Below, piece after piece: positions 46,443 to 50,106 of a DNA stretch of 50,106 bases. The notes beneath the pieces are model-generated. The model was not told the DNA's origin, did no database searches, and was given only the letters and a program-made list of their open reading frames with translations. The stretch is from Macrostomum lignano (taxonomy: Eukaryota): the NCBI GenBank assembly GCA_002269645.1, contig NIVC01000502.1:1-50106 (forward strand). The letters are read 5' to 3'. Numbering within the stretch: the first letter of the stretch is position 1; each line of letters begins with the position of its first letter. The position numbers were made by a program, and so were the translations under genes.

Positions 46443-48727
46443 TCAGTCATCCCATTCGCTGTCTTCTTCATCATCATCATCAGAGTCGTCACTGCCATGT
46501 TGAGCTTTATTTATTTCGTCTAAAGCTTTGCTCAACGCATTCACAATATCATTTTTGTCAGGCTCTGCAGTCGTTGGCTTAGGCGGAACGGCGCGTGGCC
46601 CTTTGCCCTGGTTTATCGTCTTGAACACGTTCTTATAACAGATTGGACTATTGTCGACCCCAGAATCGCTTTCGTCATCCTTTTTAAATTCGTCCACATC
46701 GGGACTGGAACTGCCCTTCGCGTTGACAAAAGCACCTTTTATTTCATTCACAACGCAGTCATGATTAGTAGCAGGGTTCTTTTCTACCTTCCGTTCAGGA
46801 AGATTGCGATTGCCAACCGGATTCAATTTTGCTCTGCCAAGCTGCATCGTCTCAGCAGTCAAGCCGCCGCCACCAATGCCTGGCATGGCCACTGCGCCGG
46901 GGGGAAGATTAGGTCCGGGCGGTGCCGGCGGAGCAGGTGGGATGTTTCCGCCACCTTTCTTGATAACGATGGGCGGAGGCGGGGAGGGGGCGGAGGCGGC
47001 GGCGGAGCAGGCGGGATGTTACCACCAGATGTCTTGGCACCAAAGGGCGGAGGCGGTGGTGGAGGGGGTGGAGGAGGCGGCGGAGCAGGCGGGATGTTAC
47101 CACCAGATTTTTGGCGCCAAAGGGCGGAGGCGGGGGAGGAGGGGGCGGAGGAGGCGGCGGAGCAGGTGGGATGTTACCACCAGATTTCTTGGCGCCGAAG
47201 GGCGGAGGCGGTGGAGGAGGCGGAGGAGGCGGCGGCGGAGCGGGAGGTATCTCTCCTGTCGGAGTAGCGTTCGTCTTTTTGACATTCTTCAACTTGTCAT
47301 GCTTGAAGGCCCGCAAGGCCGCATTCAATGGATCATTGGATTGGCCAAACGGACTGCTTTCACTGTTGTCAGGACTGCCAGGTGAAGCCTTTGTGTCATT
47401 CACTCGACTCAAAAGCTTTTACTTGGACTTTCGGTGTCTGTGCGTGAACGCTCGGAACAGCAGGTGTATTCAAACAGTAGCTATCGGACCCTGGAGAACG
47501 GGCGCTCATCTTCAGTTTTTCACTGCTTTCAGGACTGCCAGGTGCAGAAGCCGTTGTGTCATTCCCTCGACTCGGAGTGCTGTGATTGGACTTTCTTGTC
47601 TGTCTGTGTGCACGCGCAGAACAGGTGGTGTAGTCACATAGAAGCTCTCGGACGCTGAGAACGGGCGCTCATCTGGGACACAGGTGTCATCGGAGAATCA
47701 AAGCCTTGGGAAGCGGCAGCTGCGTACACCTGCTCCATACCGCCTATGCTGTTCACAACTTTTGCGATTTGCTCCCTGCCATAACTTGACTGCGCAGTCT
47801 TATCTAAATCGTAGCCAAGTTTTCCAAGCAGGAACCTCAACGCGGGATCCTTAGCGATGTCCAGCTCGTACTTGGCGTCTTTGTTTTGAGCATCGTTGTA
47901 CCCAACGTGTAAGACGTGACGCGAATCAGTTGGACCGCTAATATCCTCGGGCGGATTTTCTTGCTTTTGCCGGCGCCTTCGACAGTCTTATCCCGGTCCT
48001 TGCTCCTGCCTGGCTTGTGCCGCTTGAAGAATGCCTTCAGTCGGGCGCCAGTTTTAATTTTTGGAGGCTTCTCAGCGCTTTCCTTGCCTTTTTTCTTCTT
48101 TTTACCGTTTTTGCCTTCTGAGCTGTCCGCTGATGGGCTCGACAGAGGCTCCGGAATATCCTCGCGAAGACCCATTCGCGTAACTTGGTGATTAAGATGA
48201 TTGGCTATTTCTTCAGCTTCAGCTCGTCCAATTTCGCTTTCCATAAAGTTTACAGCCACAACTTTATCGTCGGCTTCAAACTGGTACAAAGTTGGGTCCA
48301 CACGTTCGTATTCCATGCCCTGATAGATTTCCTGTTCAAAAATCAAGCTGCGCTCATTTATATCGTAGAAACGTAAAAAAAATGAGCGTCGATTAGCGTC
48401 GCGAACAAAAGAGAGGACGCCAGTGCACTTTAGCTTCCAGCGGCCATGTTTACTGAAGAACAATCTACAAACTGTGGTTGCTAAGGCTGTACAACGATCG
48501 CCAAGTAAGCTAAACAGTATTTCATTTTCGTTGGCAGTCAAAATTTGACTAGGACGGTTTTGATAGCGCATCGTCTGCGACCTTTGGCCAGCTGATTGCA
48601 TCAATTGAGCCGATGATTGCCCTGATCGTAACCAATCTGGAGTCGGTGGTGTTTGCGGTGATTGCGTCTGCTCCGGCCTGTTCGGCAGGACAGAGTTAGA
48701 GGCCGACGTGGGCTCCAATTGGGGCGC
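46443..48727 (-). CDS. WASp: WASP family protein (copy 4), broken by about seven 1-nt deletions (pseudogene or assembly error)
   Basis: WH1 and basic region in ORF 47837-48862; GBD, Ser-rich, polyPro and VCA pieces in ORFs 47634-47840, 46909-47412 and 46443-46892; ends DDDDEEDSEWDD*. Acceptor ACCGCAG| at 48728/48727; first downstream Met at 48601. Confidence 0.8.
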
Positions 48728-49495
48728 CTGCGGTATAACAATTGATTGGGTTCGTATGCTTAGTATGTGAACATGGACAGCTGACTGGATATCTTTATGA
48801 TCATATTTGTTGCTAAAATCTATATTTCTATCCTTTAAAAAAGCAAATGAAGGCAAGCACATAAAATCAAAAAGAAAATATCGACTTGCTACTCGAGCCT
48901 GAAAGTAGAACTGAATACGTATATTTTTTTAAAAAATATAAAAATTTGGAAAATATAAAGAACACGAATAGTCTTGATACTGTAAATTGTAAATTTTATA
49001 CATACAATATGAGCAATTATAAAATGGAAAAGGCCTTTTATTAGCTCAGTCACTTAAACAATCAATGAAGAATGAAGAATCCAATCAATCAATCAAACAA
49101 TCAATGAAGAATAGAAGCCTTTTGACGAATTTGACTAATATTGGCACATATTCATCCTTGCGTCGAATACTTGTATAATTAAAATCCGTGATTTTTTTGT
49201 TTCAACAGATGGTAAAACTAAGAAAAGTGAGAATAATAAAAAAGATGCGGAGCTAAAAAATCAGAAACTACTGCGATTTCTAAACCTAAAAATTTTTTTG
49301 CTAAATGATAAGTTGATTTTATCGAGGATCTTGTTTAAGTTTAAATTTTAATTTACTTTTATCAATGGGATGAGTGTACACGAAAAGCTTATTTATTGTC
49401 AACTCTTTTATTTGTAGACGAATAATTTGATTCTTTTTTGGAATAAAGGACAATCGTTACGATTAATAGACAAACAAGTGACAGACACGACGGGT

Positions 49496-50089
49496 ACCTC
49501 TCATTTCGCCGATTCTCGTTTCGCCGAATCTTATTCTGCCGATTCTCGTTTCGCCGACATTCTCATTTTGCCGATTCTCGTTTCGCCGAAATTAATTTCA
49601 CAACCATCTGGACATCAAACCATGGACAAATACACTAATATAAATGTGATTTAGATGTTTATGGCTTGAAAAATAAAGTTAAAATTAAGAATTCTTCCTT
49701 CTACATAGTCTATGGTAAAAAGTCTATAGCCAGTGGTATATATATATAGTAGGGTTGTGAAATACAAAAATGCCGATTGAAATCGTTTCTAGTGGCTTTT
49801 CTGGTGAAATAAATAAGTGGTTTTATTGCATTGACTTCTGAATTGAATGAGTTAAAACTACGCTCGTAATGCTGGTAAGCTAACGAAATTAAGCTGCAAA
49901 AAGGCTATGGTAGGTAAATACTCGCGCAATATTACTAATACAATACTTTATTTTTTAAGCCATAGTAGACATCTAAATCAACATTTGCATTAGTGTAGTT
50001 TGTCCTATAGTCTAATGTCCAGATGGTTATGAAATTAATTTCGGCGAAATGTACAGTAAGTACAAATGTACAGAAAATGTAAAGTACAT
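49496..50089. mobile_element. MITE-like element with ~50-bp subterminal inverted repeats
   Basis: TTTCGCCGAAATTAATTTCACAACCATCTGGACAT... (~49580-49630) is inverted at ~50000-50050; short ATTCTCGTTTCGCCG repeats at the left end; 13-bp direct repeat AGACACGACGGGT at 49483-49495 and 50090-50102. Confidence 0.55.
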
Positions 50090-50106
50090 AGACACGACGG
50101 GTCTTG

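Overview
Repeat-rich eukaryotic (invertebrate animal) genomic DNA. The organism cannot be determined from the sequence; a flatworm-like genome is only a guess. Left half (1-~21 kb, + strand): a multi-exon muscleblind (mbl/MBNL) gene with one CCCH zinc-finger pair. Its introns are roughly half tandem repeat, and its start-codon/zinc-finger exons sit between two inverted arrays of the same 18-bp satellite. Right half: a cluster of four WASP/N-WASP-family genes. One is on the + strand with two coding exons (24076-26776). Three are on the - strand with no intron in the CDS (32133-34460, 38925-41018, and a frameshifted copy at 46443-48727). They alternate with copies of a Vps55/LEPROT gene, one intact (43933-45469) and one broken (36007-37846), which points to tandem duplication of a WASP+LEPROT unit. 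Several non-autonomous elements (mariner-, hAT- and P-like MITEs, a tRNA-derived SINE, a foldback-like element) are identifiable from TIRs and target-site duplications. Exon boundaries, alignments and counts were done by eye and repeat boundaries are approximate; no database searches were run.
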